From a virus (Duplodnaviria > Caudoviricetes), in IMG/VR virus record IMGVR_UViG_3300027813_000037, positions 1-35,019 of that record: a stretch of DNA of 35,019 bases, one strand, 5' to 3'. The position numbers and the translations under genes are program-made. The notes below the pieces were generated by a model. It was not told where the DNA came from. It saw only the letters and a program-made list of their open reading frames with translations, and ran no database searches. Each line of letters opens with the position of its first letter. The stretch's first letter is position 1. Shown here piece by piece: positions 7,488 through 17,100 of the stretch.

Positions 7488-8174
7488 ATGAGATTATTTA
7501 AGCAACAAACTACTAGTCCACGTACTATCCAACCCGGAGCAGTTGGTATCCATACTGGTCTTGATGATGAAGTAAAAATAAACAGTACAAACACTTTATT
7601 AATACCTAAAGGAACTACAGCACAGCGTCCTGCATCACCAAACAATGGTCATATGCGGTACAATACTACATCTGAACAGTTTGAAGCATATCAAAATGGT
7701 GCTTGGCGCCCACTACGATTTAAAGAACCTAATGCAGATCCAGGTATTACACAACAAAACTTAGGCAATGGTGATGCAACAGCAGTAGTATTTGGTCCAC
7801 TAAACAGCGGCGATACTTATTATCCAGTTCCGGCAGCAGCACAAAATGTTTTAGTACTTGTCGAAAATGTCTTCCAACTTGCAACAACAAACTATACCTT
7901 AGAACAAAATCCGGCAGCAGCAACTGGCAGCGGCGCAACAGTCGCAGCAGGATCATTTGTTAATGGAACAGAATATAAAATTATTACTGTAGGTGGCACA
8001 GATTACACTACAATCGGCGCAGCGGATAGTAATTTAAACACTGTATTTACTGCTACTGGCGACGGCGCAGCAAACGGTACAGGTACAGCAAGACAGACAG
8101 GGTATTATCTCGTATTTACTTCTGCACCAGACTTAGCTAAGCCAGTAACAGCTATACACAACTTCGACAAGTAA
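7488..8174 (+). CDS. Putative virion fibre-associated protein
   Basis: Abuts the upstream stop (TAAATG). Contains IPKGTTAQRP..GHMRYNTT..FEAY, a motif also present in both long fibre genes downstream. Confidence 0.75.
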   Translation: MRLFKQQTTSPRTIQPGAVGIHTGLDDEVKINSTNTLLIPKGTTAQRPASPNNGHMRYNTTSEQFEAYQNGAWRPLRFKEPNADPGITQQNLGNGDATAVVFGPLNSGDTYYPVPAAAQNVLVLVENVFQLATTNYTLEQNPAAATGSGATVAAGSFVNGTEYKIITVGGTDYTTIGAADSNLNTVFTATGDGAANGTGTARQTGYYLVFTSAPDLAKPVTAIHNFDK

Positions 8175-8177
8175 TAC

Positions 8178-8185
8178 AATAAATA
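8178..8185 (+). promoter_or_regulatory. Late promoter variant AATAAATA
   Basis: ATAAATACT in the 31-nt intergenic gap before the 1924 aa gene. Confidence 0.6.
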
Positions 8186-8205
8186 CTACTATATAGGAGT
8201 ATTGT

Positions 8206-11200
8206 ATGTCACAAGTCGGTAGAATATCAGGTTCATTACTAACAGCTAACCTCGAACGCAATGGCAAAGACCTTTCGTTTAAGAATACCTCGTCGGATAC
8301 TCGATTATTATATCTTGATGTATCTACAAACAAAATAGCCGTTAATAAAGATGTAGCAGGGTATGATCTTGAGATTGCCGGAACTGTACGATCAACTAAT
8401 TTAATTACGCCTACTAGTTCAATAGCAAACTATACAATTTCAGATAATAATTTAAGTGTGCTAGTTGGCGACATATATTTAAATGCAGCAGAAGCAGTTG
8501 TATTTGGTAATATAGAAAATGGTACACTACGTATTAGCGATAATACAATTAGTGCTACGGTGTCAAATGCAAATATTGATTTAATGCCTTCAACAGATAT
8601 CGCAGATATCGGTGCTCTAGTACATACACTAGATAACCCAAATGCATATGGTACAAGTGTTGCCGACCAATTTGGTCGGCAATCTGCAATATCTGGTAAC
8701 TATGCTATTGTAGGTGCTTATGGCGAAGGTGATGCAGGTGGCATTACTTCAGGTAAAGCATATATCTTCAATGTAACCTCAGGTGCTCTAGTACATACGC
8801 TAGATAATCCAAATGCTTATGGTACAAGTGCAGATGATAGGTTTGGTGGGTCAGTTGCAATATCTGGCAATTATGCTATTGTAGGTGCTTATTTTGAAGA
8901 TGAGGCAGGTCGTTTTGATCCAGGTAAAGCATATATCTTTAATGTATCAACCGGAGCTTTAGTTCATACACTAGATAATCCAACTGCTTATAGTACAAGT
9001 AGTTATGATCGTTTTGGCTACTCAGTTGCAATATCGGGCGATATTGCAATTGTAGGTGCTTATTTTGAAGATGATGCAGGTGGATATAGTTCAGGTAAAG
9101 CATACATATTTAATGTAACCTCAGGTGCTCTAGTACACACACTAGATAATCCAAATGCATATGGTACAAGTCAAACTGATTACTTTGGTCAAGCTGTTGC
9201 TATATCTGGTAACTCGGCTATTGTAGGTGCTTATGGCGAAGGTGATGCAGGTGGTGTGTTTTCAGGTAAAGCATATATCTTTAATGTAACCACAGGTGCT
9301 CTAGTACATACGCTAGATAATCCAAATGCATATAGTGACACTGTAACCTATGAGTCTTTTGGCTACTCAGTTGCTATATCTGGTAACTATGCTATTGTAG
9401 GTGCTTTTAACGAAGATGAAGCCGGGTTCTTTGGCGGTTCATCAGGTAAAGCATACATATTCAATGTAACCTCAGGTGCTCTAGTACACACACTAGATAA
9501 TCCAAATGCATATGGTACAATTCAGGGTGATATCTTTGGTTACTCAGTTGCAATATCCGGTAACTCGGCTATTGTAGGTGCTTACTATGAAGATGATGCA
9601 GGCGGAACTTTTTCAGGTAAAGCATATATCTTCAATGTAACCTCAGGTGCTCTAGTACACACACTAGATAATCCAAATGCATATGGTACAAGTCAGAGTG
9701 ATCAGTTTAGTTACTCAGTTGCAATATCTGGTAACTCGGCTATTGTAGGTGCTAATGGCGAAGATGATGCAGGTGGTGGTGCTTCAGGTAAAGCATATAT
9801 CTACAAGGTAGCAAACAATACTACTGAAACTAACAGTATAAATGTATTTGGTAATATACACACTCCTGGAAATATTACATTCGACGGCACAATAACATTA
9901 GGTAATCAATATCTTGATACTGTAGATTTTAATGCTTCGGTTACGTCAAGTGTTGTTCCAGACCAAACTGATACTTATAATCTAGGCACAAATACAAAGC
10001 GTTGGAATAATCTATATACTAATTTAGTAAACGGTACATCGGTTAATGTATCTGAATTAATTGTTGGATTTGTTGACAGTGATTTACGTGTTGGTGGTAA
10101 ATTATATGTTTCTGAAAACGGAGATGATACTAACGTAGGTGATCATATATTTGCTCCATTTGCTACATTGGCTCGTGCATTACAAGCAGCAGATGCAAGT
10201 GGTGAGCAGCCGTTTGTTATTCATCTTTCCCCAGGAACATATACTGAAGCACTTCCGTTAGTTGTACCTAATAATATTAGTATTGTAGGTGAGAATATTA
10301 GAAACTGTATTATTGTTCCAGATGCTAGTAGTCAAAGCAAAGACGTGTTTCACTTAGGAAATAATAGTACAGTATCTAAATTAACAATTAAGAATTTTTA
10401 TTATAACAGTGGCACTAATACAGGTTATGCATTTAGATTTGCCCCTAACGCAATTATAAGTGAACGTTCGCCGTACATACAAGACGTTACAGTATTAACT
10501 CAGCCAACAACACCCGGCGGAACTGATGCTGGACGCGGCGCTTGGATTGACGGGAATGAACTTAATTCAGCAAGTACGTTATCAACAATGTTATTCCATA
10601 GTTGTACATTTATATCACCTGGTGCTGACGTTATTAACATGACAAATGGCGTTAGAGTAGAATGGCTTAATAGTTTTACATATTTTGCAAACAGAGGGTT
10701 ACATGCGTTTAACGGTTCTAACGGCAAAGTATCACCCGACGGCAGTACAGTTAACTATGGCGCTGAATTAAGATCAATTGGATCAGCAAACGTATACGGA
10801 ACATATGGCGCTGTTGCAGATGGTGCAGACACATTAATGTACTTAGTACAACACAATTTTGCATACATTGGAGCAGGTGCAAGCACTGATAATAACGAAG
10901 CAGATGTTATTCAAGCAAATGAAACTGTAGAATTAAATAACGGCAAGATACATTATGTCTCAACTGATCAGCAAGGTAATTTTAGAATTGGTGATAACTT
11001 CTTTGTTGATTTACAAACAGGAGATACTAGTATTAATATTGATACTGGATCTATTGAGGCACTAAGTGGATTAATAATTAATAGCGGAGAAACAGCAACA
11101 ACACTAAATGGCAATATAGTTACTACTGGAAATATTGAGATTGTTAATAATGGAATTAGATCACTATCGGGCGACCTAAATTTTGTAGGCGGTACCAATG

Positions 11201-13980
11201 TTATTAATCTTAAAGATGATACAGCTATAAGTCAGAACCTTTTTGTTAGAGATAATTTTAGCTTTGGCGGTGCCTTAAATATATCAGGAGATCAGGAAGC
11301 TGACAGTCTTGACTTTAATGTTAACTTCGAACAAAATTTTAATCCTCACCGTACACTTGTACATAATTTAGGAAAACTAGATAAATTTTGGTCTAATGTT
11401 TATTTAGGCAAAATGCAAGCAGGTGATATTACTAGTAATGAAAATTATATTACTAGTGATTCAAGTAACGCTGATTTAGAATTACGAGCTAATGGAACAG
11501 GTGTTGTTAATATACTTGAAAGTTTAGATATTGATAACGATCTTACTGTAGGTAAAATATCTACATTTAAAAATAGCACTATAGCTTATGAGTACGGATC
11601 GGATCTTGTAGCCAACGGAACATTTGATTCAAATATAGCAAGCTGGAGTTTAACAGGTGGCGGCTCGGTGGCTGCTGTTGCTGGAAATTTACGCATTACT
11701 GCTACTGGTGCAGCACAAAACGTAGCACAAGAACTAACAGTAGAGATCGGTAAAACATATAACTTTTCAGCAGCATTTAAAAATGTTTCAAACAGTAATG
11801 CATTTTATTTAAGAGTATTCGAATCAGGCGTTGGTACATTATTTGAGTGGGACCAAAGTACCGGACTTACTAATAACCAAGTAGTAACAGCAGCAGTTGT
11901 GCCCACAACTACAGCAATTGATATTATTTTTCGTGCAGTAGACACAGTTGTAGAATGGGATAATATTTCGTTTATTGAAGATATTGGATTAGTAGAAACT
12001 ATAACTCCTGTACAAGTCAATGTAACTGGAAATACAACACAAACTAGTAATACAGTACAAACAGGTAACATTTCACAAACAGGTAACACTGAACTTACAG
12101 GAAATTTAACAGTTAATAGCGACTTTAATATTGCTAACTTTAACGTTAATGATAATGTTTTACAAAACATTAGAGAAGACCTACGCTTGAATCCGTCAGA
12201 TCCGTATGGAGCATTATCAATACCTCAAATTGTTTCAGCAATGATAGGCGGTGCAACAGTTGACGATTATGCAGGAGCAACTGAAAAAACATTAATTGCC
12301 TATCTTGCTAATGGCACTTCTGCACCGTATGCTAATTCTTATATTGACGTAAACAGCAGTGGCACACTTACATCAGCTGATTCATTAGCTTGGCTACAAT
12401 ATGTTGCAAATGGTACTACTAATAATACCATATACGATGCGTTTCTTGCTCCGATAGTAAATGCACTTTTAGAGGACGAATATGCTACCCCTGGAAAATA
12501 TAACAGTCAAATATTTGCAGGTGATTACTACAGAGCAGATTTAAGATTGCAAGCAGCCGGTACTGGTAGAGTATCAATGCCGTCTAATGATGTTAGAGTA
12601 TCAAATGATTTATCTGCTGCATCGATAATAGCTAATGATATTATAGTTACCGCAGATGCCGGATTAAACGATATTATTACTACAACTAATAATATTCAAA
12701 TAGATGATAACTTTATTTCTACTAGCACCTTAAATACAAATTTAGAACTACGTGCTACTCAAAATATAACTATGACAACATCTGATGTAGTTATGGATCA
12801 AAATTTAACAGTTAATAGAAATACTGATATTGACAACTTAAATGTAGTTGGAACTATTACACAAACTGGAAATAGAAATCAAACTGGTAATTTAAATGTT
12901 ATTGGTAATGTAACTGTAAGCACTTCTAATATTAAAAGTGAAATACAATTTGATGATATATTATTTAATGACAACGTTGTTGAAACAACAAATAGTAATG
13001 CTAATTTAGAACTACGAGCAAATGGCACAGGCATACTTACAATACCATCAAACGATGTAACTATTATTAATGATGTATCATTAGGAACATTATCTTCAAA
13101 AGATATTAATGTAACACTAGCGTTAGCAGCAGAAGAATTTTTATTAAGTTCAGATATTAAATTCTATGATAATATTATTACCACAACTACATCAAACAGT
13201 AACTTAGATTTGCGATCATTTAATGCAGAAGTTCTTCTACAAGACCTAAGAGTTAATAACGATACAATACAAACTACTGCATTAGATATTAATTTAGCAC
13301 CTGCACAAAATTTAATTATTAATGCAACTGGAGCAATAGTTGTTCCATTAGGTACCACAACTGAACGCCAGATAGTAACTAGTGGATTGAGATTTAATAG
13401 TACAGATAATTTGTTTGAAGCATATAGTAATTCAAACATCGTATCCTTCGGTGGCGTTTACTCAAGTGATAGAAGATCTAGTGTGTTAGCACATCCGACT
13501 AATGATACTATTAACTTTAAAATAGCAGCAGCAACCGTAGGCGGCTTAACTGCTGACGGGATTTCTATACATGGCCTAGATGTTGATGATATTTTATTCA
13601 ATGGTACTACTATTAATACAAATGTTTCAAATAGTGATTTAGATTTAGCAGCAAACGGTTCAGGTAAACTAAACCTATATAGTACTAACTTTTATGATAA
13701 TAAAGTGCAAAATACTAATGCTGGTGCTCTTTCTATTGCACAAACTGGATACGGCCGAACAGTATTTAATGTTAACTCTGCTGTTGCAATTCCGTTTGGC
13801 ACTGTTGCAAACAGAAAACCCGGTGCTACCGAAGTTGGCATGACAAGATGGAACACTGAAAACACAATTCTTGAAACCTGGGACGGCAACACTTACATTT
13901 CAGCAGCTGGTAGCGCAGCAACTATCTCTACAGAAGAGATGGAAGAGCTTATGCTAGAATACACTCTAATCTTTGGCTAA
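8206..13980 (+). CDS. Giant fibre-like virion protein (1924 aa): FG-GAP 7-blade propeller, pectin-lyase-like beta-helix, CBM-like and dockerin-like inserts, N..LELRANGTG repeats
   Basis: Long ORF with RBS AGGAG. Seven FG..VAISG..AIVGA repeats. LYVSENGDD.N.G...PFAT...AL..PGTY.E.LPL motif. C-terminal P.GT..R motifs. Confidence 0.85.
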   Translation: MSQVGRISGSLLTANLERNGKDLSFKNTSSDTRLLYLDVSTNKIAVNKDVAGYDLEIAGTVRSTNLITPTSSIANYTISDNNLSVLVGDIYLNAAEAVVFGNIENGTLRISDNTISATVSNANIDLMPSTDIADIGALVHTLDNPNAYGTSVADQFGRQSAISGNYAIVGAYGEGDAGGITSGKAYIFNVTSGALVHTLDNPNAYGTSADDRFGGSVAISGNYAIVGAYFEDEAGRFDPGKAYIFNVSTGALVHTLDNPTAYSTSSYDRFGYSVAISGDIAIVGAYFEDDAGGYSSGKAYIFNVTSGALVHTLDNPNAYGTSQTDYFGQAVAISGNSAIVGAYGEGDAGGVFSGKAYIFNVTTGALVHTLDNPNAYSDTVTYESFGYSVAISGNYAIVGAFNEDEAGFFGGSSGKAYIFNVTSGALVHTLDNPNAYGTIQGDIFGYSVAISGNSAIVGAYYEDDAGGTFSGKAYIFNVTSGALVHTLDNPNAYGTSQSDQFSYSVAISGNSAIVGANGEDDAGGGASGKAYIYKVANNTTETNSINVFGNIHTPGNITFDGTITLGNQYLDTVDFNASVTSSVVPDQTDTYNLGTNTKRWNNLYTNLVNGTSVNVSELIVGFVDSDLRVGGKLYVSENGDDTNVGDHIFAPFATLARALQAADASGEQPFVIHLSPGTYTEALPLVVPNNISIVGENIRNCIIVPDASSQSKDVFHLGNNSTVSKLTIKNFYYNSGTNTGYAFRFAPNAIISERSPYIQDVTVLTQPTTPGGTDAGRGAWIDGNELNSASTLSTMLFHSCTFISPGADVINMTNGVRVEWLNSFTYFANRGLHAFNGSNGKVSPDGSTVNYGAELRSIGSANVYGTYGAVADGADTLMYLVQHNFAYIGAGASTDNNEADVIQANETVELNNGKIHYVSTDQQGNFRIGDNFFVDLQTGDTSINIDTGSIEALSGLIINSGETATTLNGNIVTTGNIEIVNNGIRSLSGDLNFVGGTNVINLKDDTAISQNLFVRDNFSFGGALNISGDQEADSLDFNVNFEQNFNPHRTLVHNLGKLDKFWSNVYLGKMQAGDITSNENYITSDSSNADLELRANGTGVVNILESLDIDNDLTVGKISTFKNSTIAYEYGSDLVANGTFDSNIASWSLTGGGSVAAVAGNLRITATGAAQNVAQELTVEIGKTYNFSAAFKNVSNSNAFYLRVFESGVGTLFEWDQSTGLTNNQVVTAAVVPTTTAIDIIFRAVDTVVEWDNISFIEDIGLVETITPVQVNVTGNTTQTSNTVQTGNISQTGNTELTGNLTVNSDFNIANFNVNDNVLQNIREDLRLNPSDPYGALSIPQIVSAMIGGATVDDYAGATEKTLIAYLANGTSAPYANSYIDVNSSGTLTSADSLAWLQYVANGTTNNTIYDAFLAPIVNALLEDEYATPGKYNSQIFAGDYYRADLRLQAAGTGRVSMPSNDVRVSNDLSAASIIANDIIVTADAGLNDIITTTNNIQIDDNFISTSTLNTNLELRATQNITMTTSDVVMDQNLTVNRNTDIDNLNVVGTITQTGNRNQTGNLNVIGNVTVSTSNIKSEIQFDDILFNDNVVETTNSNANLELRANGTGILTIPSNDVTIINDVSLGTLSSKDINVTLALAAEEFLLSSDIKFYDNIITTTTSNSNLDLRSFNAEVLLQDLRVNNDTIQTTALDINLAPAQNLIINATGAIVVPLGTTTERQIVTSGLRFNSTDNLFEAYSNSNIVSFGGVYSSDRRSSVLAHPTNDTINFKIAAATVGGLTADGISIHGLDVDDILFNGTTINTNVSNSDLDLAANGSGKLNLYSTNFYDNKVQNTNAGALSIAQTGYGRTVFNVNSAVAIPFGTVANRKPGATEVGMTRWNTENTILETWDGNTYISAAGSAATISTEEMEELMLEYTLIFG
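8611..9804 (+). repeat. Seven near-identical 171-nt (57 aa) FG-GAP-like repeats (the fifth unit is 180 nt)
   Basis: Unit starts at 8611, 8782, 8953, 9124, 9295, 9475 and 9646, each encoding GALVHTLDNP. Confidence 0.95.
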
Positions 13981-14002
13981 CACCACAGTATTACTTCATT
14001 AC

Positions 14003-14010
14003 GATAAATA
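14003..14010 (+). promoter_or_regulatory. Late promoter variant GATAAATA
   Basis: GATAAATACT, identical to the 5315 site, in the intergenic region before the 1429 aa gene. Confidence 0.7.
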
Positions 14011-14125
14011 CTATTATGTAAAGCGCGACTATTGTTTTACATAAACAAACTGTGGTTAACCGGCAAAGAGTCATTAGACTGAAAATTGGGCTAGAGGGAC
14101 AGGATCCCCGTATTGAGGAGCAAAG

Positions 14126-17100
14126 ATGGCTGTAGGTCGCATATCGGGTCCGCTCTTGAAGGAGAATCTAATTCGTAATGGAATAGATTTAGCTTTTGAG
14201 ACAGACTTATTATATCTAGATGTAAATTCACAGCGAATCGGTATCAATACGAATTCTCCAACACACGAATTACAAGTTTCAGGCACAACTAAAGCAGTTG
14301 ATCTTATTGTTGATACGCAAGCAGATATTGGCGAAGTTACGATAGTCGGTAATACAATCAGTAGTACCAATGCGTATTTAAACTTAGCAACATTAGATAC
14401 AGTAGTTGCCCTTAATAAAATTAGAATTGATAGTATTGACATTGAAGGCAATGCAATAACTACTAACTCGTCAAATGCCAATTTAGAATTACGTCCAAAT
14501 GGAACCGGTACAGTAGACGTACACTCTGACTTAAATGTAACAGGTAACATACACGCTTCTGGTAATATATCAGCAGACGGTAATATCGTTATTGGTGATC
14601 AAGCCACAGACAATGTTATTTTTAATGCAGAAATTGCTTCAGATATTATTCCAGCAGCAACAAATACATATTCATTAGGTAGTGATCCAACTGGTGGCGG
14701 CAAAGAATGGAATGACGTTTACGTTAACAATTTAGTTGCAACTAGTATTAATTCAGATTCTTTAGCAGTTGATGGCGTTGATTTAACATTCCGCAATGGC
14801 AACATGCTATATGTTTCTGAAAACGGAGATGATACTAATACAGGTACACACGTACTAGATCCTTTTGCAAGTATTAAACAAGCATTAAGTACAGCAACAG
14901 CAGGAGACGTTATACATATTTCTCCTAGTGTATACACAGAGATATTTCCATTAACAATTCCTGCAGGAGTTACAGTTAAAGGTGAAGGTATTCGCGGAGT
15001 ATCTATACAACCTACAACTGCAACACGTTATAAAGATGCGTTCTTGCTAAACGGCGAAACAACTGTTGAAGATGTAACAATAACTGGATTCTTTAGTGGA
15101 CGAAACAACTTTATCATTGCAAGCGGTGGCGCAGCATCAGGAACACTTACAGTAAATGTAGGAGTAACAACTCAAGCACACGCTTATGTAAGTGGCGGCA
15201 GAATTACTAATAACTCAAAGTCAATTAATGTTGCTATAACAGGATCAACTTATAATCACACTACTGGTGTGCTTACTGTAACCTATACTGGAACTGCTCC
15301 TGCTAATGGTGCAGAGGTATTTTTAGAAGGATTAATATTCAGTTGTAATGGCGGAAATAGAACATTCCCAGATAACGGTTATGCATTCCGCTTTGCAACA
15401 GACTATGTAGTAACTTCACGCAGTCCTTATATTAGAAACATTACAGTAATTACTTCAGGTAGTACAACTACTGCTGAAGATCCTAGAGGATTTAATGCAG
15501 GTGATGCAGGCAAGGGCGCATATATAGACGGCGCATACGCAACTACTGTTAGTAAAGAAGCTTCTATGTTATTTCATAGTGCAACATTTATTACCCCTGG
15601 TGTTGATGCAATATCAGCAACAAACGGTGTGCGGGTTGAGTGGTTAAACTCGTTTACATACTTTGCAAACAGAGGCTTTCATGCTTATGATAGTTACGAC
15701 GGCAAGTACGGAACGGGCAAAACAAAGCTCACACTGGCTGGTGTAAGCGGCGCATTTGCACAAGGCAATACACTAACAATTACTAGTACAGACGCTTCTA
15801 CAGTGCTTACAGGCACTATTAGTAGTGTAGACGGAGCTGACGTTTATGTAAACGGATACTTAGATTTAAATGGATTTGATTTAACTCCGCAAAGTATTGC
15901 AAACGGCTTAGGAGCAACAGCGACTAGTATAGCAAGTTATGATTTAAGATCATTTGGTGCAGAAGTTAGAATGATCGGTAGTGCTAGTGTATACGGCAAC
16001 TTTGGATTAGTAGGTAACGGCCCTGGCACGATTATATATGCTATTGGTCAAAACTTAGCATACATTGGTACAGGTAAAGAAGTTACTAACGAACCGTTAG
16101 AAGTAATACAAGCAAATGAAGTAGTTGAAATTAATGGAGCAAAAGTACGATATAACTCAGTTGACCATAAAGGTGACTTTAGAGTTGGAGACTTGTTTTA
16201 TGTTAATCAAGATACTGGTAACGTAACATTTGCTGTTAATGATTTTACAATCAATACCGATAATGGTGTTAGCTTTGTAACTGGAAGCGACACTACATTC
16301 GTTGATGGCACAAAAGTAGAAACTGGTGATTGGAGAATTAGTGCTAACACTGTTGAGACACTAACATTAGATGCAAACTTTGAAGCAGCTACAGGTAATA
16401 TTAATTTAAATTCAAATGTAAATGTAAATGGTAACTTAGATGTTACTGGTAATGTAACCATTGCTGGTAATATTACAATTGGTGATGAAGCTTCAGACAC
16501 AATACAAATTGTGGCAGGTATTGACAGCAACATTACACCTAAAGTAAATGACACTTATAGTTTAGGCGAAGAAACTAAAATATGGAATAACTTATATGTA
16601 AATGAAGTTAATCTTGATAATATTGTAATTCGAGAAAACTATATTAAAACAACAGACTCAAATAGTAATTTAGAACTGCGTGCCAACGGTACAGGTAAAG
16701 TATATGTACCTAGTAACGATGTATTACTAGACGAAGATTTACGAGTAGTTGGAACATCAAATTTAAATACAGTAGTGTTAGCAGGTAATGTTACACAAAC
16801 AGGTAATGTTACACAAACAGGTAATATTGATTTAACTGGTAACATGGGTATCACAGGAAACCTTACAGTATCGGCAGCAGCACAATTTGAAAATATTAAT
16901 ATTGAAAATAATATTATCACAACAACTGCAAGTAATAGTGATTTAGAATTACGTGCTACTTCATTCGGTAATATTCTTATACCAAATAACGATGTTACAA
17001 TTAATAATGATTTATATGTTACTGGCACAATTACTGTAGGTGACATTAATAGTGCCGGAACCATTACTGCTAATAGATTTAGCACAGGTGATATTTTAAT

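Noticed and set aside
8611-9804. CRISPR array or DGR template/variable repeat interpretation of the 171-nt repeats
   Set aside because: The repeats are in-frame coding units without a repeat-spacer layout. Differences are not adenine-specific, and no reverse transcriptase or cas gene is present in the window.
14049-14110. Resemblance of GGCAAA..GAAA..GGGAC to a c-di-GMP-I riboswitch
   Set aside because: The required P2/P3 pairings and the downstream GCAAA motif cannot be built. Kept only as a generic structured leader.
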